From positions 8,017 through 72,016 of IMG/VR virus record IMGVR_UViG_3300033463_000095: 64,000 nt of DNA; one strand, written 5' to 3'. Position 1 is the first letter of the stretch. Each line of letters opens with the position of its first letter. This document shows, piece after piece, positions 37,886 to 48,840 of this stretch. This DNA comes from a virus. Lineage: Duplodnaviria > Caudoviricetes. The notes beneath the pieces are model-generated. The model worked only from the letters and a program-made list of their open reading frames with translations. It had not been told where the DNA came from and ran no database searches. The position numbers were made by a program, and so were the translations under genes.

Positions 37886-38901
37886 TGTACGCAGGACAAA
37901 GATCTATTAGAGATGGTATAGAAGATTTTATGTGTCCTTTTACAGATTTCTATATGACTTGTGGACCTAATGAATCTCAATTTCATATGGGAACAATGGC
38001 AATAGATGTAAGAGGAGCTGAACCTGGAGTATGTTATGCTTATTATGCTCCCGCTACTGTTAGATGTATCACTACATATCCACAATCAGGTCAAGCAATG
38101 TGGCAAACTGTTAATAATGTAAGATGTTCTAATGGATACATTGGAAAAGTAACATTTATGACAGTACACGATGATACTTTAAATGCTTATCCAGGTATGG
38201 TAGTTAATCAAGGTGATCAATTAGGTAATATGGGAACTAAAGGTTATGCTACTGGAGTTCATTGTCATATTGAATGTAGTCAATCAGATAATACTTCTTG
38301 GTGGCAAAATAGTTATGGTAATTGAAATTTTAATTATGAGGTAGATCCTGAAGATGTGTTCTTTATGGATAATACTAATATTTTAAATGGAATGGGAAAT
38401 TGGAAATATTTAAGTGATGTACCTGTAAAAGATAAAGTAACACCAAATGTAGATAGAGATGAATATAAAAATCAAATTGAAGTTATAGTACCTGAATTAA
38501 GAGTTAGAACAGATGCTAGTTTAAGTGCGGAAATCCTTAGTTATGCAGGACAAGGTTATTTTGATTATTATGAAACAAGAGATAATGATGACTATACTTG
38601 GTATAGAATTGCAGACAATCAATGGATAGCTTATTCAGATGAATGGGAAAGAGTATACCCTGCTAAACCTAGAGAAGAATTTGTTAATATTCCACCTACA
38701 ATAGAAGCAAGAAATATCTATATGTTAGATGATAAATTACAATTTGCTGCTTTAAATCCAGGTAATACAGATGGTTTAAGTTATAAAATATTATCTAAAG
38801 ATGGAGAATATGCGGAAATTGCAATTGGAAATGTTTGAATTAAGGTTACAGATAGTACACCAGTAACTAACGAACCACAATATAGTAGAGGAAATAAATA
38901 G
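37885..38901 (+). CDS. Endolysin: M23-like peptidase plus SH3b cell-wall-binding domain (two TGA=Trp)
   Basis: H...D motif (QFHMGTMAID) and HxH motif (GNMGTKGYATGVHCHIE); SH3b-like LRVRTDASLSAEI...YTWYRIADNQWIA. Reads through TGA 38323 and 38836 to TAG. Confidence 0.8.
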
Positions 38902-38960
38902 CGGGAAGGCGGTCTGTCCGAACATGGGTAGATACCCTAGGACAGAGCGTGGCTTCCGCA
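38901..38960 (+). other. GC-rich nested stem-loop between endolysin and holin
   Basis: GCGGGAAG pairs with CTTCCGC, TCTGTCC with GGACAGA, GGGT with ACCC. Confidence 0.5.
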
Positions 38961-38975
38961 TTGGGAGGTTTTGTT

Positions 38976-39218
38976 GTGAAAAAGAAATGGACATTAGCTG
39001 ATAAACTTTATAAAATTTTAAAATGGGTTTTAGCAACTGCTGTTGCACCAACAGTAGCACTTATTACAGGATTAGGAGAGTTATATCATTTTGATACAAC
39101 TTTAATAGTTGGAACAATTACATTAGTTGCAACTTTCTTAGGTGCATTGATTGGTTATTCTAGTCATAATTATAAAGTTAATCAAGCAAACGAATCAGGT
39201 AGCGAAGCAGCTGAATAG
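38976..39218 (+). CDS. Holin (Dp-1-like)
   Basis: GTG start after GGGAGG; LADKLYKILKWVLA followed by two hydrophobic helices. Adjacent to the endolysin. Confidence 0.75.
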   Translation: MKKKWTLADKLYKILKWVLATAVAPTVALITGLGELYHFDTTLIVGTITLVATFLGALIGYSSHNYKVNQANESGSEAAE

Positions 39219-39237
39219 TTGCCGCTATCTTTTTTTG
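39198..39237 (+). terminator. Terminator after the holin
   Basis: TAGCG-GCAGCT...AGTTGC-CGCTA stem followed by a T run. Confidence 0.65.
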
Positions 39238-39240
39238 TTT

Positions 39241-39282
39241 GGTCAAATATTTTTAATCTTCAATCCCTTTTTTTAATATTAT
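39241..39282 (+). promoter_or_regulatory. Phage-specific promoter motif GGTCAAA-N29-TATTAT
   Basis: GGTCAAA 39241-39247, 29 nt, TATTAT (a TATAAT lies 3 nt further on). Confidence 0.55.
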
Positions 39283-39322
39283 AATAAGGTAATAATACTT
39301 GAAGAAAGGAAGGTTTGTAAAG

Positions 39323-39796
39323 ATGCCAGAACTATTTAAAACATATACATTAGATGAAATCGTTGTTTTTATTATTCTTTTGGCTCTTGCAATAAAAAGT
39401 ATAATTGATTTATATGATTGGTTTATTGCTCGTTTTAAAAAACCAATAGATAAAGCAAATAATGAGAAACAAAAGGAATTAGATATGCTAGATACATTAA
39501 ATTCTCATGAAGAACAAATACTTGGATGCAAAGAGTGTTTAAATAAAATATTAACTACAACAAGTATTTTAATGGAATCTGATAAAGATGATATAAAAGC
39601 ATGAATAACAGAAAAACATCATTATTTTTGTTATGAATTAGGTTATATTGATGATTATAATTTACAATGTATTGAAGCTAGATATAAACATTACAAAGAA
39701 GAGGATGGTAATACTTTTATCGATGGTTTTATGATTGATATTAGAAAACTACCAATTGTTTCAGTTCTTAATAAAAAAGAAAAAGAGAATGAGTAA
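39323..39796 (+). CDS. Membrane protein, possible second holin-like protein
   Basis: N-terminal TM segment (IVVFIILLALAI), coiled coil, then DIKA-W-ITEKHHYFC...GNTFI; TAA 39794-39796. Confidence 0.6.
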
Positions 39797-39827
39797 TTCA
39801 AATAAGAGATTAAAAGGAGTGATATAA

Positions 39828-41477
39828 ATGAGTATTGTAACAAACTTATATCCACCAGTAATATATAATAGTTATATGCCTGCATTTGTATATAATACAA
39901 CTGCTAGAGTTTATTTTAGTTTATCTGAATTTAATAGTTTAAGTGAGATGAAAAGTTATGCACAAGTAACTGTTAGTAATCAAAATACTAATTTAAGTGT
40001 TCTTGATACCAGTAAATATCCAAGTGAAATAATGCTTACTACTATTAAAACTGATAGTACTAGAACAACAGATGATAAATATTATATTGAAATTGCTAAT
40101 AGTGATATTAATGGCGGATTTCAAATAGATGAATATTATAATGTTCAAATTAGATTTATTGATGGTGCGGCAACCGATATGGCTTTAACCACACCTCAAG
40201 CACTTGATGCATGACTTGCCGCAAATTTAGATTACTTTTCTGAATGATCTAGATTAATCATCATTCGCGCCATAAGTCAACCTACTATGTCAGTAGCTGG
40301 ATATGAAATTGTAGATGGTCATATCACATGGTCAATGGCTAATAATAATTTAATTGGAACATTAACATTTGCCGCAGATGATGAAACTGAATATTTAAAA
40401 GATTATAGAATTAAATTATATAATTCAGATGATGAATTATTAACTGATAGTGAAACATTATATACAGATAATTATAATAACCCAAACTCATTTATTTATA
40501 GTTTTAAATATAATTTTGAAATAGGTGAATCATATTCATTTACTATTGATTATGAAACTAATAATTTATATAGTAATTCAACTACTATTGAATTTGATGT
40601 AGTTCAAGATAGTCCAGATGAAGTAGATTTTTCATTCGGTGCTAAGTTAGATGAGAATAATGCAAGAGTAGATATTGATATTAAACGTAGTGAAGATAAA
40701 CCTAGTTACACTGGTAAGTTAGTTATTAGAAGAACTTCTAGTGAAAGCAATTTTACTATATGGGAAGATATGCATGTTATTAATTTAACTGCGGTAACTA
40801 GATATAAATATGAATGATTTGATGAAACTATTAAAAGTGGAGTATGATATAATTATGCTTTACAAGAAGTTAGTACAGGCAATATAAGGCAAGGTATTAG
40901 AATTGGTAAAAAACCTTTAATGGCTATATTTGATGATGTATTCTTAACTACAAAAGATAAACAATTAAAAATTAAATTTAATCCTACTGTTAATTCATTT
41001 AAACAAAATATTAGTGAAATGAAAATTGAAACAATAGGAAATAAATATCCATTTATAAGAAGAAATGGTTCTATTAACTATGCGGAATTCCCTATTTCAG
41101 GATTAATCTCATTCCAAATGGATGAAGACCAAATTTTTATAACCAAAGAAGAATTATATTTAAATAAAACTATTATGAAGAAATATGATAGATACAATGA
41201 TGAAATATCTGAAGACTTACCTATTACTGAAGCAAATGATTTTGTTTATGAAAAATTATTTAGAGATAAGGTAATGGAATTTTTATATGATGGGGAAACT
41301 AAATTATTTAGGTCTCCAACTGAAGGAAATTATTTAGTTAGATTGTTAGATGTTTCTTTTGCTCCTAACCAATCTTTAGGTCGAATGATTTGAAGTTTTT
41401 CTGCGACTGCAACCGAAATAGATGAAGATACTGTTGATAATTATGAAAAATATGGTATAATTGCGGCAAGGGGGTAA
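39828..41477 (+). CDS. Baseplate/distal-tail-like structural protein (putative)
   Basis: ORFs 39828, 40287 and 40920 join through TGA into 549 aa; beta-rich, with KYPFIRRNGS and FRSPTEGNYLVRL motifs. Confidence 0.55.
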
Positions 41478-41483
41478 TTGATT

Positions 41484-43523
41484 ATGAAAGTTAATTATCC
41501 TTATTTAAGTGATAGTAATTTTTTAGATACTATTGACACAATGCATTATCTAGAACAATATGTTAAGATTACTGCTCTTGATTGAGATGAAAGACCAATT
41601 AAAGATATTCAAGGCATTATTAACAATGGTAGCATTAGTATTGATGGTAAATCTGCTGTAAGAAGAACTATTAGTTTAAATTCTTCTTTTGGTAGTAATG
41701 TTACTGATGTAAATAACATTTTTTCTATTAATAGAAAAATTAATGTTGAAATTGGTTTTAAAAATAATACTAACAAATATGTTGATTATCCTATTATATG
41801 ATTTCCACAAGGTGTTTTTATTGTTATTTCCGCAAATGTGAGTCATAGTTTAGGTGGAGTAACAGTTAATCTACAAGCAAGAGATAAAATGAGCTTATTA
41901 AATGGAGATTGCGGCGGTGTGATCCCCGCGTCAACACGATTAGATACATATGAAACTGTGGATAGTGAAGGTAATTGAGTAGTTGAAAAACCTTGTATTG
42001 ACCAGATTATTAGAGAAGTAGTTAATCACTTTGGAGAAGAACAATTAAGTAGAATTATTATAAGTGATGTAGACAAGAGAATTAAGACTGTTATGAAGTG
42101 AATTGGTAATACACCTATTTATTTAATTACAGAAGGTGGAAATAATTGGTATACTACTGATTTTAGTAGAGCGGTTGCCGCAGGTTCTTATACTCAATAT
42201 GATTATAATGCAGATGTTGGTTATATTTATTCAGATTTTACTTACGTAGGTGAATTTATTGCAGATGCTGGAAATACAGTTTGCAATGTGTTAGATAAAA
42301 TAGTTTCTTATCTAGGTGGTAATTATGAATATTTTTATGATGTGTATGGTAATTTTATTTTTCAAGAAGTAAAAAATTATATGAATATATCTCATCAAAC
42401 AGTTGAAATAGATAAAATAAAAAATAGCGACTATCTTGTAGATATGAGTAGAGGTAGAATAGCTTATGATTTTAGTAATAAAAATATAATTACTTCTTAT
42501 TCTAATTCGCCTCAATATAATAATGTAAAAAATGATTTTATTGTATGAGGAATTAGAGAAACTTCTGAAGGACTTACTTTACCTATTAGATATCATATGG
42601 CTATTGATACAAAACCTAAAACAGGAAATATATATAAAGTATTTTTCTATATAGATCCGGATGATGGATTAGAGAAAGCGAAAATACCTATTAAATATGG
42701 TAGTTATGCGGCAATTACTGCTACACCAGGTAAGGCTGGAGTATTCTATGAGGATACCAGTACTGGCAATATATATATTTGAAATGGCAGTGAGTATGAA
42801 CAAGTAAGCGATAGTGAATTTGTAAGAATTATGACTAATGATTGGAGAAGTGAGCTATATTTACAAGGGGTTGCCGCTGAACCATTGGGTATAGCATCTA
42901 ATTATTATTATACTGAATTAGCTGCTGAATGACCTAAATTATACAATTTAAAAGCAGATAGTCATACCGATAGTGAAGGTACTTATTATACAGGTGCTTT
43001 TTATCAAGATGTGTTAGATAATCCTTCTGGTATTGATTATTTCTTAGATTTTATTGATTCAGAAGCTGCTATATCTAAATTTAGTATTAAAAATATTGGT
43101 AGAAGAACTATTGTTGAGAACAGTAATGATTTTAATTGTGTATTTGAACCTACCATTCCTAATTTTGTTATTATAAATACTGCTAATCCTGAAGAGGCCG
43201 CAGAAAAACGTGCTGAATGTGAGGCTAGAGGACAAGCGTATATTCAAGTGGATGGAAACATATTTGATTCACTTGCGGTTGGTGGTAATTTTAATAGTTG
43301 CTATTGAGAAATAAAAAATTTATTATATACAAAAACTGGATATAATGAGACTATTCAAATACAAGCATTACCTATTTATCATATTGAACCTAATATTAGA
43401 GTTAAGGCTTTTGATAGTAATAGCGATATATATGGTGATTATATGATTAATAGTATATCATTACCTTTAGGTATAGATGGACAAATGTCGATTAGCGCTA
43501 TTAGAGCTAATGAAAAAATATAA
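41484..43523 (+). CDS. Baseplate hub/DUF5048-like tail protein (putative)
   Basis: 679 aa via TGA: ITALD-W-DERPIKDIQG...SIDGKSAVRRT, LGGNYEYFYDVYGNFIFQE, ALPIYHIEPNIRV. Confidence 0.6.
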
Positions 43524-43526
43524 AAT

Positions 43527-43567
43527 AAAAAAGAGATGAACTTTTTATGGTTCATCTCTTTTTTTTT
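43527..43567. terminator. Bidirectional intrinsic terminator
   Basis: AAAAAAGAGATGAAC...GTTCATCTCTTTTTT. Confidence 0.8.
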
Positions 43568-43688
43568 GCTTTAAATTTGAGGAGATTTTATTATTTAAAC
43601 TGTTAGTTTATTAATATGATGATAGTTTGATTATAAGTTTTAAAAATTTTTATTTTAGTGCCAAATTTATAAGTTTTTATAAAAATTT

Positions 43689-43730
43689 TGACAAAGTAAG
43701 GAAATGAGTTTTTATAAAAACTTATATAAT
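43689..43730 (+). promoter_or_regulatory. Phage-specific promoter motif TGACAAA-N29-TATAAT with a palindromic operator in the spacer
   Basis: TGACAAA 43689-43695, 29 nt, TATAAT 43725-43730; perfect palindrome AGTTTTTATAAAAACT at 43707-43722. Confidence 0.65.
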
Positions 43731-43769
43731 AATGTAAGGAAATAACAATAGAAAGGAGTATTTAAAATT

Positions 43770-44195
43770 ATGAACTATTATCCTAACAATAATTTTTATC
43801 AAGGCTATTCAAGTTATAATAATACTTATCAACCTGCGGCGACGGCGATTAACGCTCTTCAAGGTAAGATTGTTGATAGCATAGACATGGTTAGAGCTAA
43901 TGAGGTTCCATTTGGTGGATTTGGTATCTTTCCTAAAGGAGATTTAAGTGAAGTATATATTAAATCATGGAATAGCAATGGAACTACTCAAATTAATACT
44001 TACAAACCTGTACCTAATGAAGAATCAATAGAGGTTAAAGAAAATAATTTAAGAAATGAATTACTTGAAAAGATTGATGATTTAAATAAAAAATTAGATA
44101 TGCTAATGAGCGGCAATGGCGCTAAAGTAGAACAGACTTCAGTACCAGCTACACAACTAGCCGCCGCAAAGGATGTGAGAGTAAATGCTTATTAA
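43770..44195 (+). CDS. Hypothetical protein (cassette gene 1)
   Basis: Intact 141-aa ORF with an Asn/Tyr-rich N-terminus and RBS. Confidence 0.75.
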   Translation: MNYYPNNNFYQGYSSYNNTYQPAATAINALQGKIVDSIDMVRANEVPFGGFGIFPKGDLSEVYIKSWNSNGTTQINTYKPVPNEESIEVKENNLRNELLEKIDDLNKKLDMLMSGNGAKVEQTSVPATQLAAAKDVRVNAY

Positions 44196-44436
44196 AAGTC
44201 CTCAAGATATGTTTAAATTAATTTCTAATTTTAAAAATCAAGATCCTTCAACTATTGTAGCTAACATGGTAAATGAAGCTGCAGAACAGGGTAATCCAGT
44301 CATGCAAAACTTATCAAACTTGATTAAAGAAGGAAAAACTGATGAAATAGAACAAGTTGTTCGTAATATTGCTAAAGAGCGTGGAATGGATTATGATAAA
44401 GAATTTAAAGCCTTTAAAAAAACTTTTAGGCTTTAA
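44185..44436 (+). CDS. Hypothetical protein (cassette gene 2)
   Basis: 83 aa, overlaps the previous stop; NPVMQNL...NIAKERG motif. Confidence 0.7.
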   Translation: MLIKSPQDMFKLISNFKNQDPSTIVANMVNEAAEQGNPVMQNLSNLIKEGKTDEIEQVVRNIAKERGMDYDKEFKAFKKTFRL

Positions 44437-44472
44437 AGATATATAAAAATATTTTAGGAAAGGAGAGTTTAT

Positions 44473-45300
44473 ATGTTTAGTTCAAACAATGGTTACAGCT
44501 TAGCTGATATAGCTGCAGCAACTGGCAATAACAACGGAGGTTTCTTTGGAAATGGCTTCGGTGGAGACGGCTGGTGGATTATTATTTTATTCTTATTCGC
44601 ATTTGGTGGATGGGGATTCGGAGGAAACGGTTTCTGAGGAGGAAATGGTGGAATTAACAGCGCTGCCGCACAAGGTGCTTTAACTAGATCTGATTTAAGT
44701 CAAGAATTAGGTTTCTCAGATTTATCTCATACAATGAGAAATGCTAGAGAAGATTTAAGTAGTGATTATCACGATTTAAGCACAAATATTTTACAAGGTG
44801 TTTGTGATTTAAATGGTGTAATTAATGCAGGATTTAATACAACTAATAGTAATTTAAATAACTTAGGTTATCAATTACAATCAGGTATTAATGATGTAAA
44901 TGTTAATGGTATGAGAAATACTTTTGATATTGGTACACAAATTACTGCATTAGGAAATCAAATGGCTAGTTGCTGCTGCGATTCTAGATTCCAAATTGAA
45001 AAAGGTTTTGCAGATACTAATTATAATTTAGCAACTCAAGTAAATGCTATTAGAAATGATATTTGCACTCAAACAAGAGATATTACAGATAATGCAAATG
45101 CTAATACTAGAGCTATTTTAGATTTCTTAACTAATAGTAAATTAGAAGACTTAAGAGATGAAAATCAAGCATTAAAATTTGCTGCATCTCAAGTTGCACA
45201 AAATAATTATTTAGTTGACCAACTTAGACCAAGTCCAATTCCAGCTTATATGGTACAAAATCCATATTGTTGTAATGGATATTATAACACAATGATGTAA
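44473..45300 (+). CDS. Gly-rich membrane-anchored, Cys-rich coiled-coil protein (cassette gene 3)
   Basis: MFSSNNGYSLADIAAATG...GGDGWWIIILFLFAFGGWG...GF-W(TGA)-GG, in frame with ORF 44734-45300 (CCCD, NPYCC). Confidence 0.75.
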
Positions 45301-45328
45301 TTAAAATTTTAAATGGAGGTAATAAAAA

Positions 45329-45754
45329 ATGGCAGAATTTACAGCTGTGGCTCAACAAACTGTTGAACCAAATCAAGTAGTTTTATTTACAGATACCCCA
45401 GTGCGTGGTAGTAACTCCATAATGCATAGAGATGGTAGCGGGTTAGTTAGTTTACGTGGATTAACTTGCTGCCAACCTCGTGCAAGATTTAAAGTATCTT
45501 TTGGAGGAAATATTGCAGTGCCAACTGGTGGAACTGTAGGTCCTATTTCAGTTGCTATTGCAATTGATGGAGAACCTGTTACTAGTACAAAAATGATAGT
45601 AACACCTGCGGCAGTAGAAGAATTTTTCAATGTAAATAGAGATGTTAATATTGATGTTCCTGCAGGATGTTGTGCTCAAATAAGTGTTGAAAACACTAGC
45701 ACAGGAGATATATTAGTAGAAAATGCAAATTTAATTGCAGAAAGGGTGGCATAG
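45329..45754 (+). CDS. BclA-C/C1q-like beta-sandwich protein (cassette gene 4)
   Basis: 141 aa, beta-rich; HRDGSGLVSLRG, FGGNIAVP, DVPAGCC. Fold assignment is by recall only. Confidence 0.55.
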   Translation: MAEFTAVAQQTVEPNQVVLFTDTPVRGSNSIMHRDGSGLVSLRGLTCCQPRARFKVSFGGNIAVPTGGTVGPISVAIAIDGEPVTSTKMIVTPAAVEEFFNVNRDVNIDVPAGCCAQISVENTSTGDILVENANLIAERVA

Positions 45755-45755
45755 T

Positions 45756-46280
45756 ATGGAAAGATTAAAAGCAATGAAAGATAGGTTAATGAGTTGCGTT
45801 GAAAGTCAAATGAATGATTTGTCTAAAACAAATACTCAAGAATTAGGTGAAGTAGTTGACATGATTAAAGACTTAGAAGAAACTATTTATTATTGCACTG
45901 TCGTTGAGGCTATGGAAAATAAGGATAAAGATAAAAATGTTATGTATTATCCTGTTATGTATACTGATGGCGGCAATAGATATTATCCATCTACTAGCCG
46001 TATGTATTATAACGCCTATGACAAAGGTATGCGTGATTATGACAATATTTACCCTAGAAATGTAATGAAAGATTTCCGCGAAGGCAGAAGTGGTGAATAT
46101 AGAAGAACCTATATGGAAACAAAAGAAATGCATCAAGGTAAAGAAAAACAAATGCATGATTTAGAAAAATATCTTCATGAATTAAGTGAAGATGTTATGG
46201 ATATGATTAATGACGCTTCTCAAGAAGAAAAAGAAATTCTTTCTCAAAAATTAAATACTTTAGCAGAAAAAGTTAAATAA
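45756..46280 (+). CDS. Hypothetical protein (cassette gene 5)
   Basis: ELGEVVDMIKDL...GRSGEYRRTYMETKE...LEKYLHELSEDV. Confidence 0.7.
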   Translation: MERLKAMKDRLMSCVESQMNDLSKTNTQELGEVVDMIKDLEETIYYCTVVEAMENKDKDKNVMYYPVMYTDGGNRYYPSTSRMYYNAYDKGMRDYDNIYPRNVMKDFREGRSGEYRRTYMETKEMHQGKEKQMHDLEKYLHELSEDVMDMINDASQEEKEILSQKLNTLAEKVK

Positions 46281-46594
46281 TGTTTGATATAAATGGAATA
46301 TGATGGAAAATAGAGTTTACTAATATGCGAAATCCCGCATTAAGACGCACAGATGGCACTTACGCTCTCGGAGTTTGCGATAATAAAACTAAAACCATAT
46401 ATTTAGCAAGTTGATTAGAAGGAAGTATGCTAAAGAAAGTTCTTACCCATGAGATAGTGCATGCCGCAATGTTCTCCTATAATGTCTATCTTTCTCTTGA
46501 ACAGGAAGAAGTAATTGCGGATATAATCGCTACTTATGGAGAAGAAATAATTAATATTACTAATAAAGTATTTAAAAAGCTACAACATATTTAG
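46280..46594 (+). CDS. Small zincin-like metalloprotease (HExxH), two TGA=Trp
   Basis: MFDINGI-W-WKI...LGVCD...KVLTHEIVHA...EQEE; ends TAG. Missing from the track. Confidence 0.65.
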
Positions 46595-46610
46595 TTGTAG
46601 CTCTTTTTTT
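46574..46610. terminator. Bidirectional terminator at the strand switch
   Basis: AAAAAGCTACAAC...GTTGTAGCTCTTTTTTT between converging genes. Confidence 0.8.
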
Positions 46611-47121
46611 ATTCTCCTCAATTGAATCCTTCAGTTGTTGCTTTAGTAAACTGTGCTAATCCAATACATATTGCATCAGCTTCGTCATCATTTACATCTA
46701 TGTTATATTTATTTTTAACAAAAGCAATATCTGCTTCTTTTAAAGTTGTTCTTTTAATACCACGTCCATTTTTAATACCAAGAGTTGCTCTTCATGAGCT
46801 TGGATATATATACTCAATGCCAATTTTTGGATAGTTATCGTGAATTAAGAATTCAACTGCAGCTTGTAAAAACATAAGTGCTTTATGTGTTTTTTGATTA
46901 CCAACACCATAGCCGCCTTCAGGTCTAACCTCTTCTATTATTAGTTTAGTTATATCTGGATTATTTTGTAATATAGTATTTATATTATCGGTCATAACAT
47001 GAATTCTTTTTATTAAATCTGTAGATGCGGAAGTTATACATCCATGAGTTGTAAGTTCACCATTGTTAAAGCAAGCCCAGCCGCTTGATTTAGTTGAAAG
47101 GTCTAACGCTAAGATTGCCAT
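46609..47121 (-). CDS. RuvC-like Holliday junction resolvase
   Basis: ILALDLST, LIIEE, IYPSS-W-R and NDDEADAICIG catalytic pattern. Needs TGA=Trp to include the C-terminal Asp motif. Confidence 0.8.
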
Positions 47122-48218
47122 TCTGGATCACCTTCCTTAATTACTTTTATTAATTTAACATATTGTTGATTAAATGGATTATCACCTGTTAATATATCTA
47201 ATCTATCTCTTGATACTATCCACTGCTCTCCCTCTTCAGGAACATAACCTAATTGATTATCTATTCTATTTTCATTTTTATATGCTTTAGTTGCAGTAAC
47301 CAGATATTTATTTTTTAATTCTTCTTGATAAATAGATTTGCTTTTTGTTATAAATTGATTTCAAATATCTTCTTTTGGTATATATTTAAAATTAAATTCT
47401 TTTTCATAAATTTCTTTAGCAGGGATTTCCGCCATATCAAAAGGAAGAATAAAACCATATTTTTCATCTACACCTAATTCTTTTAAACATTTTCAAGGAG
47501 TAATTATAACAGGAGTACCTAGTAAGAGACTTTCTATCATAGTATAACAATAGGCTTCTGTATCACTTAATTGAATTACATAATCTGCTTTTGCTATATA
47601 ATCTCTTATATCTAACTGAGGTTTCATAAATATTATTCTAGGGTGTTGAATTGCCTGTGTATCATTCGTAAATACGAACCAAATGTAGGGTATTCCTTCC
47701 TTATCAAGTGCTTCCGCTAGTTTTATTATTCTATCTTTACCCTTTTCTCTTGTTAATCTTGTAGCAGATACTAGCATTAATACCCTTTTAGGTTTTTCTA
47801 TTGTTATTGGATTATAACATAATGTACAAGGTAATCCAGTTAATTCTGTAAAGCTATCACAAACAGCTTGACTTACGCCAATATATTCATCTATTTTAGG
47901 ATGAACTTTTGGCATAACTCCCATATCTTTGTAATCAGCATGAATAATAGAATAATATTTATTAGCATGAACTTTTTCAATAGGTCTTAAATTATAATTA
48001 AAAAAGGCTTTATCACACTTAATATCTTGACCTGTATATTTTTCTACTCTAATATATTTTTTTAATCTTTTTAATTGTTCTTGGTCTCCTCAATTATAAA
48101 ATATTGTAATATCATTTTCACAATATTTTTTTGCTATTTCGAAGAACATTGTTTCTACTCCACCTATTGAGTTAATTCTATCAAAATAAAATATATTAGT
48201 ATAATAATCCTGTTTCAT
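47109..48218 (-). CDS. Glycosyltransferase, GT-B/GT4-like
   Basis: INSIGGVET N-terminus; SATRL...KG; ADYVIQLSDTEAYCYTMIESLLLGTPVIITP (E-x7-E). Three TGA=Trp. Confidence 0.8.
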
Positions 48219-48237
48219 TATTAACCCTCTCCATTTT

Positions 48238-48840
48238 TTAATTATTACCGCCTGTTACAGTTAAACTTCCAGGTCTACCATCATTATAATAATAAAGTAT
48301 TTTATTTATTATTTCTTTTTTACCATTTTTAGCTTTCATTACTTGTTGCCAAGAAATATCTTCACAAAATCTTATATTATCATCAAACAACTCTACATAT
48401 TCTCTTTTATATATTGCATTTCATACAGCATAATTCCATTCTGGCGGATTGTCTTCTATTATTACAGTTAAATCTGAATTCATTGCTTTTCAACTAAAAT
48501 AACAATAATCAAATTTACTTGTGTTTATTTTATTTAATATGGTTTTTATATAATCTAAAGCTATGCTATCATCACTATCTATAAATACTAGATAACTACC
48601 TTTTGCTCTTTGTATTCCTTGATTTCTTGCATAACTTAGTCCATGATTTTCTTCTAAATGTATTATATTTATATTATATCTATCTAATCTCTCTTCATGA
48701 CAACCGTCATCTATTAAAAACACTTCTACTTCATCAGTTAATTGTGGTATTAGTGTATCTAATAATTTAACTGTTTCTTCAAATGTTTTATAATATGGAA
48801 TAATAATTGAAAGCTTAATCAACAAATCCTCTTTTTTCAT
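48238..48840 (-). CDS. Glycosyltransferase family 2
   Basis: LSIIIPYY, LIDDG, GLSYARNQGI, FIDSDD; extends past TGA 48490 to TAA. Confidence 0.85.

Noticed and set aside
38901-38960. Suppressor tRNA, SRP RNA or intrinsic terminator
   Set aside because: No cloverleaf, T-loop or CCA; no SRP motif recognised; no U-tract. No tRNA was seen anywhere in the window, but tRNAscan-SE should confirm.
1771-43523. Fragmented ORFs as pseudogenes, frameshifts or a decayed prophage
   Set aside because: Fragments stay in one frame and the only interruptions seen are TGA at Trp positions.
43688-43730. sigmaA promoter from TTGACA at 43688
   Set aside because: The distance to TATAAT is 31 nt, not ~17; it fits the N29 motif instead.
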